Below are positions 55,535 to 64,000 of a stretch of DNA of 64,000 nucleotides, piece after piece (the first letter of the stretch is position 1; each line of letters opens with the position of its first letter). Source of the DNA: a virus (lineage: Duplodnaviria > Caudoviricetes); IMG/VR virus record IMGVR_UViG_2821731843_000002; one strand, written 5' to 3'. The notes below the pieces were generated by a model. The model was not told the origin of the DNA and searched no databases. It was given only the letters and a program-made list of their open reading frames with translations. The position numbers and the translations under genes are program-made.

Positions 55535-55561
55535 AGGGCGGCGCGATTACAACGCCGCCCT
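55535..55561 (-). terminator. Hairpin after the head module (P2')
   Basis: AGGGCGGCG-N9-CGCCGCCCT. Confidence 0.5.
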
Positions 55562-55566
55562 GTTGG

Positions 55567-56070
55567 TCAATCGGCCTCGGCGGCCTCTACGACGCCCAGG
55601 TGTTCCAGGCGGAAGAACTGCTTTTGGGTCAGCTCGACTGTCTCGTCCGGGCCATAGTCCGTGCCGTTGTGCCTGAGCTGGTCGAGAACAACGGCGGCCA
55701 CCAGGTCTGAAACTGGTTTGGGCGTGGGGTCCGGCCCGGGTTTAGGCACTGGCTTGGGCTTAGGCACTGGCGTAGGAACCGGATCTGGGTCCGGAGTTGG
55801 TGCGGGAGCCGGTGCCGGATCAGGAATGGGGGCAGGAGCCGTATTTGTGGTCGGGGCAGGTTTATCCGCCCCGGCGTTTGGCTCTGGGTCTGTCCCCAGA
55901 GTGTCCTCTGACTTGGCCGCCACAGTTCCTTTGTCATCGATGCCAGCCGCTGCGTCCAATTGAGCCTCTTTCCCAGCGACAGCCTTTTTCAACTTAACGT
56001 TGGAAATATTGCCGGGCAGCTCTAGGCCGAGCTCTTTGGCTCGAGCCAGCAGGGTTTCACGTTCACTCAT
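55567..56070 (-). CDS. Head-region protein with Pro-X repeat linker
   Basis: N-terminal helical domain, (PA/PD/PK/PV)n linker, C-terminal LRHNGTDYGPDETVELT. Confidence 0.7.
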   Translation of the reverse strand: MSERETLLARAKELGLELPGNISNVKLKKAVAGKEAQLDAAAGIDDKGTVAAKSEDTLGTDPEPNAGADKPAPTTNTAPAPIPDPAPAPAPTPDPDPVPTPVPKPKPVPKPGPDPTPKPVSDLVAAVVLDQLRHNGTDYGPDETVELTQKQFFRLEHLGVVEAAEAD

Positions 56071-56084
56071 GATCTGACCCTCCC

Positions 56085-57062
56085 TTAGGCTGCGATTGCG
56101 TCTTGGATGAAGTAGCCGAGGTCTTTGGCGACGATCAGCTCTTTGACCCGCTCACCGCGTCGAATGCGGGTACCGCCCTGCAGGCCGATGTCTTTATCTT
56201 CAATGCGGCCTGCGATCTTGCCGCCATATTCAGCCGTCAGGCCCCAGGTCAGATCGCCACCTTCTGCGGTTGCCATCTTGTTGATGTGCAGCATGGAGAT
56301 GTGGTTGCCCCAGGCGCGTTGCAGGTTGGCGGCCTGCTTGGGCTTTGCGGCGTTGTAAAAGGCGTCACCGATCAGCAGGCGAGAAATGCCCTCGCCAGAG
56401 AACAGATCCACGAACTGCTGACGGGTGACAATGCCCTCAGAAGTCAGGTTGCCCTTGACTGCGTTGACGATCTTTGGGTGTGAGCTGAGTTTTGACCAGA
56501 CTTTGCGGCCCATCACCATTGTGTTGGGCGGCAATATCAGGGTGCTTTCCAGGCCGGTCTTGATCAACGCGATGGGGTCGGAGCCTGCATAGTCAGAAAG
56601 TTGATCACTTCCGGATAGGGTAACTTTGCGGCCCGTGGCATAGTTGGCCGCATTGTGAACCATCTTCGCCACCCGAACTTCGCGGATATTGAGAATAGTT
56701 TCCGACAGCATTTCGACCGCGTGGCCTTCGGGGTCAAAGGCCGACAGGTTGTTGGCGCGGGCGTTTGCCGCCGCCTCGATGTCGGAGAACGGGATGGGTG
56801 CATCAAGGCCGTAGTCTTCGACTTCACTGGTCTTTTGAGTGCCGTTGAATTCCAACTGCTGGACGCGGCCTTTGCGCCCGACTTTGGCGTCGGGAACGTT
56901 AAAGGCCTCTTCAAGCGGGTATTCGGTCCAGCTGAACTTTTCACCACCGACGGCAGCGCGTGGCATGACCTCATCGGCGATGCGGGACACCGCAGGGTTC
57001 TTATAGCCAATCGCAATTGCAGAGAGGACGGGATCGACCTGGAAGGGACGTTTGGGAGCCAT
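56085..57062 (-). CDS. Major capsid protein (lambda E-like)
   Basis: FQVDPVLSAIAIGY.N...IADEVMP...PNTMVMG. Follows the cement and protease genes. Confidence 0.88.
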   Translation of the reverse strand: MAPKRPFQVDPVLSAIAIGYKNPAVSRIADEVMPRAAVGGEKFSWTEYPLEEAFNVPDAKVGRKGRVQQLEFNGTQKTSEVEDYGLDAPIPFSDIEAAANARANNLSAFDPEGHAVEMLSETILNIREVRVAKMVHNAANYATGRKVTLSGSDQLSDYAGSDPIALIKTGLESTLILPPNTMVMGRKVWSKLSSHPKIVNAVKGNLTSEGIVTRQQFVDLFSGEGISRLLIGDAFYNAAKPKQAANLQRAWGNHISMLHINKMATAEGGDLTWGLTAEYGGKIAGRIEDKDIGLQGGTRIRRGERVKELIVAKDLGYFIQDAIAA

Positions 57063-57083
57063 GTTTCAGATCCTTTCTAAAGA

Positions 57084-57464
57084 TTAGGCTTCGTGCAGCA
57101 GAGCAGGGGACAGGAAGGCGTCGATGACGTCACCGGTAACGCCAGGCTCATCGGCAAAACCGACAATGCGGATGGTGGTGGCAGTGGCGGCAATAGCCGC
57201 AATGGCCTTGCCCTCGCCGTCTGAGGTCAGCGGATCACCTGCGGCGACGGTGCCGCCCAGTTCAACATGGACCAACCCGTCACGGTGCACGTCGCACATG
57301 CCGTCAAGCTCAGACCCCATGGCATCTGAGACGCCAAGACTTGAAGCCGTGTTGCTATCTGCTTGAGTGATGGTGTTACTGGAGGCGGCGTCGGAAAACA
57401 TGACGATGCGGTAACCGGCTACAGCGGCGCCTGCCGGATAGGCGCGAATAAATGTCGGGATCAT
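57084..57464 (-). CDS. Capsid decoration/cement protein (DUF2190-like)
   Basis: VELGGTVAAGDPLTSDGEGKA...GFADEPGVTGDVI. Confidence 0.8.
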   Translation of the reverse strand: MIPTFIRAYPAGAAVAGYRIVMFSDAASSNTITQADSNTASSLGVSDAMGSELDGMCDVHRDGLVHVELGGTVAAGDPLTSDGEGKAIAAIAATATTIRIVGFADEPGVTGDVIDAFLSPALLHEA

Positions 57465-58561
57465 GTTTGGGCTCCTTCAACGGCGCGCACGGCAACAGAC
57501 ATGCTGATGTCATTTCCGGCGGCTGCCTGGTCCGCCTGATAGACGGTGGCCTTGGCCGCCAGTTCAGCAGCATTCAGGGAAATGGCCCCGCCATGTTCTG
57601 GAAGAACATCGGGAATAATCGCACCGTTCATTTTGGGCAGTGCGTTGATTTCCTTTTCAACCCGCTCGGGGTCCTGTTGGTGCATGGAAATGTAATGATC
57701 CTTCATCGGGCTTGGGATCATGCGGCCCTTTTCCATCTCGCCAGTGACGAATGACTTAGCCTTTTCCAAAGCGCGGTCATTAGTCAGAGCCGAAAGGTCG
57801 GTTTGCAGGCTGGTATTTGCCGCCTGCAGCTCAGCAACTGAGGCCTGCAGGGCGGTCTCGCCCCCCAAACCGGCCCTGGCAACCTTGGCTGCAGCCAGCA
57901 CATCGCCGCCGTCAGCGACGCCCAGAACAGTGCCAATTTCGCCAAGCTGTGATTGCAGCTCGATTGTTGCGGTTGCGCCGCCGTCTTTCAAAGTGGTCAG
58001 CGCGGAGGAAATATCCTCTTCCGAGGCATCGGCGCTAAGCCCCAGCACCCCGGCGATGTTTTTCTGAAACGACATGTCGTCGGTCTCCTGGTTGAGCGAG
58101 GCAAGCCCGCGAAAGTTGGGTCGATTAACAAGACTGGCCCGCAAAATTCCCATGACGGACTTGGAAGCCTTGTCGGGGATGGCAATTACAGGGGAGAGGT
58201 TGCGATAGGCGCGTGTCGTCAGCAGGGAACGGCCTTCATCAGACCATTCAACCTTGCCCCAGATCCCATCTGTGCGGGCCTGCATTTCAACGATCCAGCC
58301 GCGCGCTGGGGCGGGGAGCCCCTTTGGCGCGGCAAGGTCAATAGCGTGGTTTTCGTCAATGGGCAGGCGTTCGGCAAAGGCAAAACTGTCTGCAATGATC
58401 TTTTCCGCGTTGGTTACATGGTAGGGACCCCGCGCATCATTGGTTTGCACCAGGCCGTCGCTGGTGGGCAGCAGATGCACCCACTCAGGCACCGCGCCCA
58501 TGTCATCGGGCAGGAGCTGGGAATTCAACGCAACGGAGGTGGTTTGTGTGATTTTACTCAT
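57461..58561 (-). CDS. Capsid maturation protease, Mu gpI family
   Basis: PEWVHLLP, LPIDENHA, PARGW, YRNLSPV, LVNRPN. Confidence 0.92.
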   Translation of the reverse strand: MSKITQTTSVALNSQLLPDDMGAVPEWVHLLPTSDGLVQTNDARGPYHVTNAEKIIADSFAFAERLPIDENHAIDLAAPKGLPAPARGWIVEMQARTDGIWGKVEWSDEGRSLLTTRAYRNLSPVIAIPDKASKSVMGILRASLVNRPNFRGLASLNQETDDMSFQKNIAGVLGLSADASEEDISSALTTLKDGGATATIELQSQLGEIGTVLGVADGGDVLAAAKVARAGLGGETALQASVAELQAANTSLQTDLSALTNDRALEKAKSFVTGEMEKGRMIPSPMKDHYISMHQQDPERVEKEINALPKMNGAIIPDVLPEHGGAISLNAAELAAKATVYQADQAAAGNDISMSVAVRAVEGAQT

Positions 58562-58593
58562 GCCGCCATATTCGCAGCAGAGCTAAAACGCAG

Positions 58594-58617
58594 ACACCCG
58601 CAACAGCTTGCGGGTGT
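58594..58617. promoter_or_regulatory. Candidate late-activator box of P2'
   Basis: Perfect inverted repeat ACACCCGCAA-cagc-TTGCGGGTGT, 33 bp upstream of the protease ATG. This is the same distance as the P1 box. Confidence 0.65.
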
Positions 58618-58677
58618 GGGGGTATCATGGCGTGTTGGACAAGATGACGAGGAAATCCGTGCCAGTCAATCTGCCAG

Positions 58678-59169
58678 TCAATCCTGGCTGTTAGCGGCCT
58701 CTTCCAGCCAGTCTTCCAGCTCGGCCAGGATACCGGCCTCATCGTCATCAGACAAGCCAATGAAAGGACGGGCAGGAATGGTGCCCCAGGGAAGTGAAGC
58801 CCCATTCGCCTCCTTACCAAAAGCCCCCTTGGCCGCACCAAACTGCATCACGGCGGCTTGAATGGCGTTTGAGCCATATTCGACGCCGTCTTTGTCCGCA
58901 TCATAAAACAGCGTGTTGCGCATATCGCCTGATTGATTCAGTGGCGCCCCAAAACTCAGGCTCAGTTTGGCGTAGCGATCCAGGGTGGTTTGAGAGCGCG
59001 GCGCAAAGGGAGAGCCGTCGGGTTGTTCGCCGTCACGCATGCGGTCCTGGGCTGAGGCCACCAGCAACTCGCCAATGTCGGCCATCACCAGCGACATGTC
59101 CTCAACTGCGGCGGCCACCGCAGCCAGAGCCGGGTCCAGGGTGTCTGTATTGTACTCAATACTGGCCAT
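58678..59169 (-). CDS. Virion morphogenesis protein (Mu gpG)
   Basis: GSNAIQAAVMQFG...IPARPFIG. Confidence 0.9.
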   Translation of the reverse strand: MASIEYNTDTLDPALAAVAAAVEDMSLVMADIGELLVASAQDRMRDGEQPDGSPFAPRSQTTLDRYAKLSLSFGAPLNQSGDMRNTLFYDADKDGVEYGSNAIQAAVMQFGAAKGAFGKEANGASLPWGTIPARPFIGLSDDDEAGILAELEDWLEEAANSQD

Positions 59170-59461
59170 AGCGATTTCACCTTTGCTTTCGCTGGGGGCA
59201 TTAGACCGCCAGGTTCCTTTGCTGAACTATACAGGGATCGCGCAAAACCCATAGCCGCCGATGCGAATATCGCAGGAAATTAAACCGAGGCGGTGAACTG
59301 CAATCATTCACTGCGGTGAGTGCGAGTGACTAGGTTGCGGACTTTAACTCTGCTCGTCGCTGTAAGGCCAAAGACCGCTTTCAGATCTGGAGTTTCGCAA
59401 AGGCTTCACGGTGAGACAATTTACTCTCTTACCATGAAATAGCACTTTTAAAGGTCGGCAT

Positions 59462-60448
59462 TCATTGGCTTGAATCGCCAGTGATAGATGAAAGTTCTTC
59501 AAGAATTGTAGTTCGAAGGTGGCGATTAGAAATTTGTCCTCGATCAAAAACGCGTTCTATTGGTATCCCGAATTCTGCCATGAGATCACTGATCAGTTTC
59601 CGAAGACTGAAAATTTGGTCATTGGATAAGTCACATTTAATTGTGCCTGCAAGTTCCTCCCAAAGAGGGCAGTTGATATAGATACCAATAGTATTTTCAT
59701 TACTCCCAGAAAGGACTGCTGGCGCCTTTGAAATGCTTCTACCGTTTTCAATAGTGCCTTGGGACGTAATGAGGAAATGTGCACCTACATCCGAAAAACC
59801 TAGAGAGCTTATCTGAAATTTTTTTATATTCAAAATATTGTCAGACTGAACGGGTGCGATAATGATTCGATTTATTTCTCGGCCCGTGTCACCATATTGA
59901 GTTGGAGACGGCAATATGGATGAAATTCCAGCCTCTCTTACCAGACGTTGCAATTCGGCTTTCTGCGTATCCAACTCTTGACGTAAAATGTCCAAAGCAG
60001 GATTTTCTAACGGTGGCTCTCCGGTTGGTGTGTCACGCGCCAATTCTTGTAGTGCCGCTGATATCTCGTTCGTTTTCGTGGTCAAGTTCGCTTCAAGTTG
60101 AGCTAACTTTTCAAGCCGAACGACTTCTTCATTAGCCCATAGCTTTGCGTCTTCGTCATCAAGCGTTCTTGCAAGGTACCTCAAAACAAAAACTCGCTCT
60201 GCCCCTTGCTGCGCGAGTGTATTGTTTACGATGGAGAACTCAAGAGATTGGTTGTCATTTGCGTTTTTTAAACTCTGCTCTCTTGTTTTTTCCACCGCGA
60301 GTTCAATGTCTTGCTGCTTTGATAGATAATCGCTTACAACTTCTGGCACAGTTAGAAACGCACCTATGACACCAACAATTGCAGTAACCCATTTTGGATT
60401 GTGCCATACTGGTTTAGGATCACTTTTTTTTGCAACTCCATTGGGCAT
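59462..60448 (-). CDS. Accessory protein: TM anchor, coiled coil and degenerate amidase_2-like domain
   Basis: 328 aa, AT-rich. C-terminal INRIIIA...GFSDVGAHFLI...G.IENGR...N.NTIGI. Confidence 0.7.
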   Translation of the reverse strand: MPNGVAKKSDPKPVWHNPKWVTAIVGVIGAFLTVPEVVSDYLSKQQDIELAVEKTREQSLKNANDNQSLEFSIVNNTLAQQGAERVFVLRYLARTLDDEDAKLWANEEVVRLEKLAQLEANLTTKTNEISAALQELARDTPTGEPPLENPALDILRQELDTQKAELQRLVREAGISSILPSPTQYGDTGREINRIIIAPVQSDNILNIKKFQISSLGFSDVGAHFLITSQGTIENGRSISKAPAVLSGSNENTIGIYINCPLWEELAGTIKCDLSNDQIFSLRKLISDLMAEFGIPIERVFDRGQISNRHLRTTILEELSSITGDSSQ

Positions 60449-60690
60449 TTTGTGCCTCCATTATTCGTCATAAGAAATTTCTAAAAAGTACTAATGTACA
60501 CTAACAGTTAATGTATTTCTGTTGATCAAGTATAGTGTAATATTCTTCATGTTTGATACCCTCAATGTTGAAATCTCTTAGATCTCCGACAAGACTGTTG
60601 TCATTTGCTCCAGTCGGTCAAACTGGCAATTTGGCCTCTGGCCCACCATTTTCTGGGATCTAAAAAAGTGTTGGTTCCGAGGCAGGGCGT

Positions 60691-61941
60691 TCAAATCGGA
60701 GATCGAACAGGAGAGTTTCTCCCCCACATACTTTGCACCACCAACATGCGGTGCTTATTGCCCTGAATCTCTAGCGCCACTGTGTAGATCTGTGCGCCAA
60801 ACCGCCTCGAGAACCGAACAATCGAATGACCAGCGCGCGAAGTGCCTGCGGCCTCTATGCTATCAGGTTGATCCAGAATGCGGGGCAACAAAGCAAGGTT
60901 TTCCTGGTTGATCTCGAATTGACCCCGCAAGTCTTCTGAGGCGTTGCCGTGTGACGCCAGGACATGGCGCACAGCGGAATCGTCCAGAGTGAAGTGGTAG
61001 TTGTCCAGATCTTGCCCGGTGGCTTCGGCAATGCGCTGGCGATGTGCCTGGCTCAACCGGCCCATTGTGCGGATCGGCGCGACTGTGCGCCCGTCAGCAA
61101 CCGCCCCGGCGTAGCGGCGCACGTCGTCCTGCAGCGAGACCAGGTTGCGATAGGCGGTGGAATGGGCGTCCTGGGCCGAGGCGGGCAGGTCATCCATATA
61201 GGCGCGAGAAATCGCATAGGGCCAGTTGACGGTTTTGCCTGCCATAGTCTGCACCAGGTCGGCGACAGAGCCACCGGGGGCATGGTCCCAGCCTTCCCCA
61301 ATACCGTCCAGACGTCCGGTGTTGGGGTTCACCTGGCCCCAATCGTCAGGCAGGACCTTGGAAGGATCGCCGCCGCGCCGTTTGGCTCCACCCATGGTGC
61401 GCGCGCCAAAGATCTGGCAATTGCAGCCAAACCCATTGGGTGGGAAGGCCTTCACCCAGAATGGATGATCTGACGGCAGGATCAGCCCGTCCCAGGCAAG
61501 GTGCTGCAAACGTGGCTCGTTGGACCCGCCGTGGCGGTAAATCCAATACTTGAATTTGCCCTGGCGCAACTGAGCAAGGCGACCGGCCATAAAGGAGCTT
61601 CGCATATTGGTGTGGTAGATCGTCCGCATCCGCCAGGCTTGCCCGGCTTCAGTGTCTTCTCCTGTCCAGCCGGTCCATCCGCGCTTGGCAACAATGGCCC
61701 TGAAATCGCGTTTGAATGCTTCAGTGCCGGTGCCTTCAGTAATTGTTCGCTCTACTGCGGCTGCCAGATCCGCTAGCAGATCGGCCTTAACGGCACCGGC
61801 CACCATAAAGCCCCGGTCCTGAGCGGACCCCGCCAAATCATCCCAAGCCGAACTGGGCACCAGATTGCCCAGGCGCAGCCGGAACGCCGCCACTTGCTGC
61901 GCAAAGGGCTGGCGGAAAATGGCACCAACCGGGTCAGTCAT
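60691..61941 (-). CDS. Mu gpF minor head protein with C-terminal nuclease-like extension
   Basis: RMRTIYHTN, FPPNGFGCNC. C-terminal AVRHVLASHG...RGQ...LPRILDQPD resembles PBECR-type domains. Confidence 0.88.
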   Translation of the reverse strand: MTDPVGAIFRQPFAQQVAAFRLRLGNLVPSSAWDDLAGSAQDRGFMVAGAVKADLLADLAAAVERTITEGTGTEAFKRDFRAIVAKRGWTGWTGEDTEAGQAWRMRTIYHTNMRSSFMAGRLAQLRQGKFKYWIYRHGGSNEPRLQHLAWDGLILPSDHPFWVKAFPPNGFGCNCQIFGARTMGGAKRRGGDPSKVLPDDWGQVNPNTGRLDGIGEGWDHAPGGSVADLVQTMAGKTVNWPYAISRAYMDDLPASAQDAHSTAYRNLVSLQDDVRRYAGAVADGRTVAPIRTMGRLSQAHRQRIAEATGQDLDNYHFTLDDSAVRHVLASHGNASEDLRGQFEINQENLALLPRILDQPDSIEAAGTSRAGHSIVRFSRRFGAQIYTVALEIQGNKHRMLVVQSMWGRNSPVRSPI

Positions 61942-63583
61942 CTGCGGCGTCTTCAATCATGGCGCGGCCACCAGCCATAGAGGCAGCAATGGCCTCGCCC
62001 ATGACTTTGGCCAGATCCTCGGTGGGCAGTTCTGGAAATCCGCCCAGGAGATTTTCACGGAATTCTTCCAGCGAACCAGACGCTTCCAGCATGGCCTCAA
62101 TTGTTGAAACCATGTTCGTCATTGCCGGAGTGGCGGCTTGACCCAATTGATCGGCTAAAAGCGCAGTTGGCTCGATATCGTCAACGTGGCCCGCTGAGGG
62201 CTCTTGAGACTGTAGAGCGGCATCCCCCTGAAAATTCCCGTTGAGGCCCTTTAAGTGGTATTTAACTTTAGTCTCAGGGCTATTCTTGTCGCCTTTGCCA
62301 CCGGCGACCTGTGGATTTGAAGCTGTGGACGCGGTTTTGCCCAAAACTGGCGCGCCAGCCTTGGGGGCACTCAGGCCCAGCTTGTCGCGGATTTCGCCTT
62401 CATCCACTTCGAGGCCAATCTGAACCCATGGCACGGCGGCATCGGTCCAGGCTTTTAAGTCTTCCGCTTTCGGGCGGGCGATCACCAGGCGCGGGTAGGT
62501 TTTCTGTGGCCCAAACTCAAACTGCATCCAGGGAATAATCAGATCGCGGTTTAGAATTGCGCCCAGATCCTGAGCGTCGGCGGTCTCGATATCCTCCTGG
62601 ACCTCTCGATGCTCTTTGCCAGAACCCAGGCCACCGGTGACGGCATCGGTGGTGGCAGTCTGACCCAACACAAGTTTGGAGGTTTGCCGGTCCAGCCAGT
62701 CGCAGCGCTTTTCATAATGCTCGGTTGAGGAGCCCATGTTTTGGGCCGTGACAAATTCAATCATCATGCTTTCGGGAATGATGGCGGCGCAGTCACCGGC
62801 AATATTCGCCACCGCCTGAAACAGCTTGTTGCGATCTTTCTCAGATGTTCCCGGCCCATATTTGCCGATCCGCAAAGGCTGGCCGTAGGTTTGGCTGAAG
62901 ATCGACCAGTCTCGCTGGGTGAAGGCCTTGAACATCCAAGTCCAGGCCGCCACGCGGGCGATACCGGACCGCAAGGCCAGGCCCGACTTGGCTTGCATCC
63001 GGGCATGAATGAACCTGAAGGCGGGCAGGGGAACCTCTTGGCCGATATCATTCAGCATAAGTGGCGTTTCCAGGTTATGGCGCTCAAACCGGAACCAACG
63101 CGGGTCACGGAGTTTAAGTTCCTTAGGCTGCCATTGCCCCTCAGAGCTTTCCCAGATGATTTCCGTAAAGGAATAGCCTTTGCCGACAGCATCCAGAATA
63201 TGAAACAGCTCACTGGTCAACTCGCCGCGCTTCACCCACTTGCGGACCCGCTCGGCCATCTCGACGCTAATAGGGCTGTCATCAACGGTCTCTACTGCGA
63301 TGTCGAGCTGACTGACTGACCGTTTACGGGTGCCCAACACACCGACGTAATGCGGGTCGCGCTCTTCAATGGCTTCGGCCAGTTCCAGATAGCGCACCGG
63401 GTCGCCGTGGTCGGCAGACCTGAGGATCTGCGCCAGACGCAACGGGTTCAACCCATCAGCCGGATAGCCAGTCACAGGGGAGCGGACCCCGCCAAAGCTC
63501 GGCGCGGCGATTTCCTCTGTAAGCGATGCACGGTCAATCGGGCGACCATCTGGGCCGAGAACTTTTTGTTGTCTACGGGCCAT
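61934..63583 (-). CDS. Portal protein (DUF935)
   Basis: EAIEERDPH, FSQTYGQPLRIGKY, SKLVLGQT. ATG at 63583. Confidence 0.95.
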   Translation of the reverse strand: MARRQQKVLGPDGRPIDRASLTEEIAAPSFGGVRSPVTGYPADGLNPLRLAQILRSADHGDPVRYLELAEAIEERDPHYVGVLGTRKRSVSQLDIAVETVDDSPISVEMAERVRKWVKRGELTSELFHILDAVGKGYSFTEIIWESSEGQWQPKELKLRDPRWFRFERHNLETPLMLNDIGQEVPLPAFRFIHARMQAKSGLALRSGIARVAAWTWMFKAFTQRDWSIFSQTYGQPLRIGKYGPGTSEKDRNKLFQAVANIAGDCAAIIPESMMIEFVTAQNMGSSTEHYEKRCDWLDRQTSKLVLGQTATTDAVTGGLGSGKEHREVQEDIETADAQDLGAILNRDLIIPWMQFEFGPQKTYPRLVIARPKAEDLKAWTDAAVPWVQIGLEVDEGEIRDKLGLSAPKAGAPVLGKTASTASNPQVAGGKGDKNSPETKVKYHLKGLNGNFQGDAALQSQEPSAGHVDDIEPTALLADQLGQAATPAMTNMVSTIEAMLEASGSLEEFRENLLGGFPELPTEDLAKVMGEAIAASMAGGRAMIEDAADD

Positions 63584-64000
63584 TAGATCCCCCCTCTTAA
63601 ACCGGCACCTAACGGTGACCGCCACCAATCGCTGCCTTCAGACGCTGAGCCCCATTCATCGCCGGAATTGCCGGTCAGGCTGTCGCGGCGCGGATCGCCG
63701 ACCGGCGTGTAGTCAATTTCCACCCAACGTTGGCGGGAGGCGAAATGCGCCAGTGCCAGGGCGATGGCATAATCGCCGTGGCGTTTCTTGCCTTTGGCGT
63801 CTGCTTCGCGCACTTCAGGCACACGCGGAATGCCCCGGATTTTCTTCACCGAGCGCAGATCGCTGACGTGGTCGTCGCTTTTGCCGATTGCGATGGTGGC
63901 GTCTTCAAAGGCGGTTTTAAGGGGCGGCATTTCCAGCCGGTACCAGTCCTGGCTAAACTTGATAGCCCAAACCAGGCCGGGGGTATCAATACTCTCGCGC
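63583..64000 (-). CDS. Terminase large subunit, C-terminal part (5' end outside the window)
   Basis: Frame open to the window edge. HGDYAIALAL motif, TAATG junction with the portal gene. Confidence 0.85.
   Translation of the reverse strand, partial: RESIDTPGLVWAIKFSQDWYRLEMPPLKTAFEDATIAIGKSDDHVSDLRSVKKIRGIPRVPEVREADAKGKKRHGDYAIALALAHFASRQRWVEIDYTPVGDPRRDSLTGNSGDEWGSASEGSDWWRSPLGAGLRGGI

Larger units (their letters stand above)
40046..64000 (-). mobile_element. Second Mu-like prophage P2' (non-contractile tail), running past the window; right end not defined
   Basis: TerL, DUF935 portal, MuF, gpG, gpI protease, capsid, gp36, tube, chaperones, tape measure, tail tip, fibre and com, in the same order and orientation as P1. 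Confidence 0.9.

Overview
Alphaproteobacterial DNA (Rhodobacteraceae/Roseobacter-like, inferred from gene content) made almost entirely of Mu-like transposable prophages in the same orientation, with most genes on the minus strand. (1) Bases 1-790 are the left end of an upstream element, P0. (2) Bases 807-39524 are a complete 38.7-kb prophage, P1. It has TGT...ACA termini, GGACA-N7-TTGCA transposase-site repeats and a 5-bp target duplication AGCGC (802-806 and 39525-39529). It carries a Mu-type head and packaging module, a P2-type contractile tail, com plus a DNA adenine methylase, an fMet-like tRNA(CAU) inside the head operon, and A/B transposition genes that each carry 1-bp deletions. Next to its repressor lie a small ORF and a complete LuxR/LuxI quorum-sensing pair. 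(3) From about 40 kb to the window end is a second prophage, P2', with a siphovirus-type tail. It shares a near-identical com module with P1, but an ABC-ATPase/GNAT fusion plus a formyltransferase replace the methylase. Its MuF protein has a nuclease-like C-terminal extension. Leading candidates for new biology are the prophage-encoded AHL circuit wired to the lysis-lysogeny switch, the swappable Mom-position DNA-modification cassette, and repeated same-orientation insertion at one hotspot. Family assignments come from motifs recognised by eye and from synteny; no database search was run.
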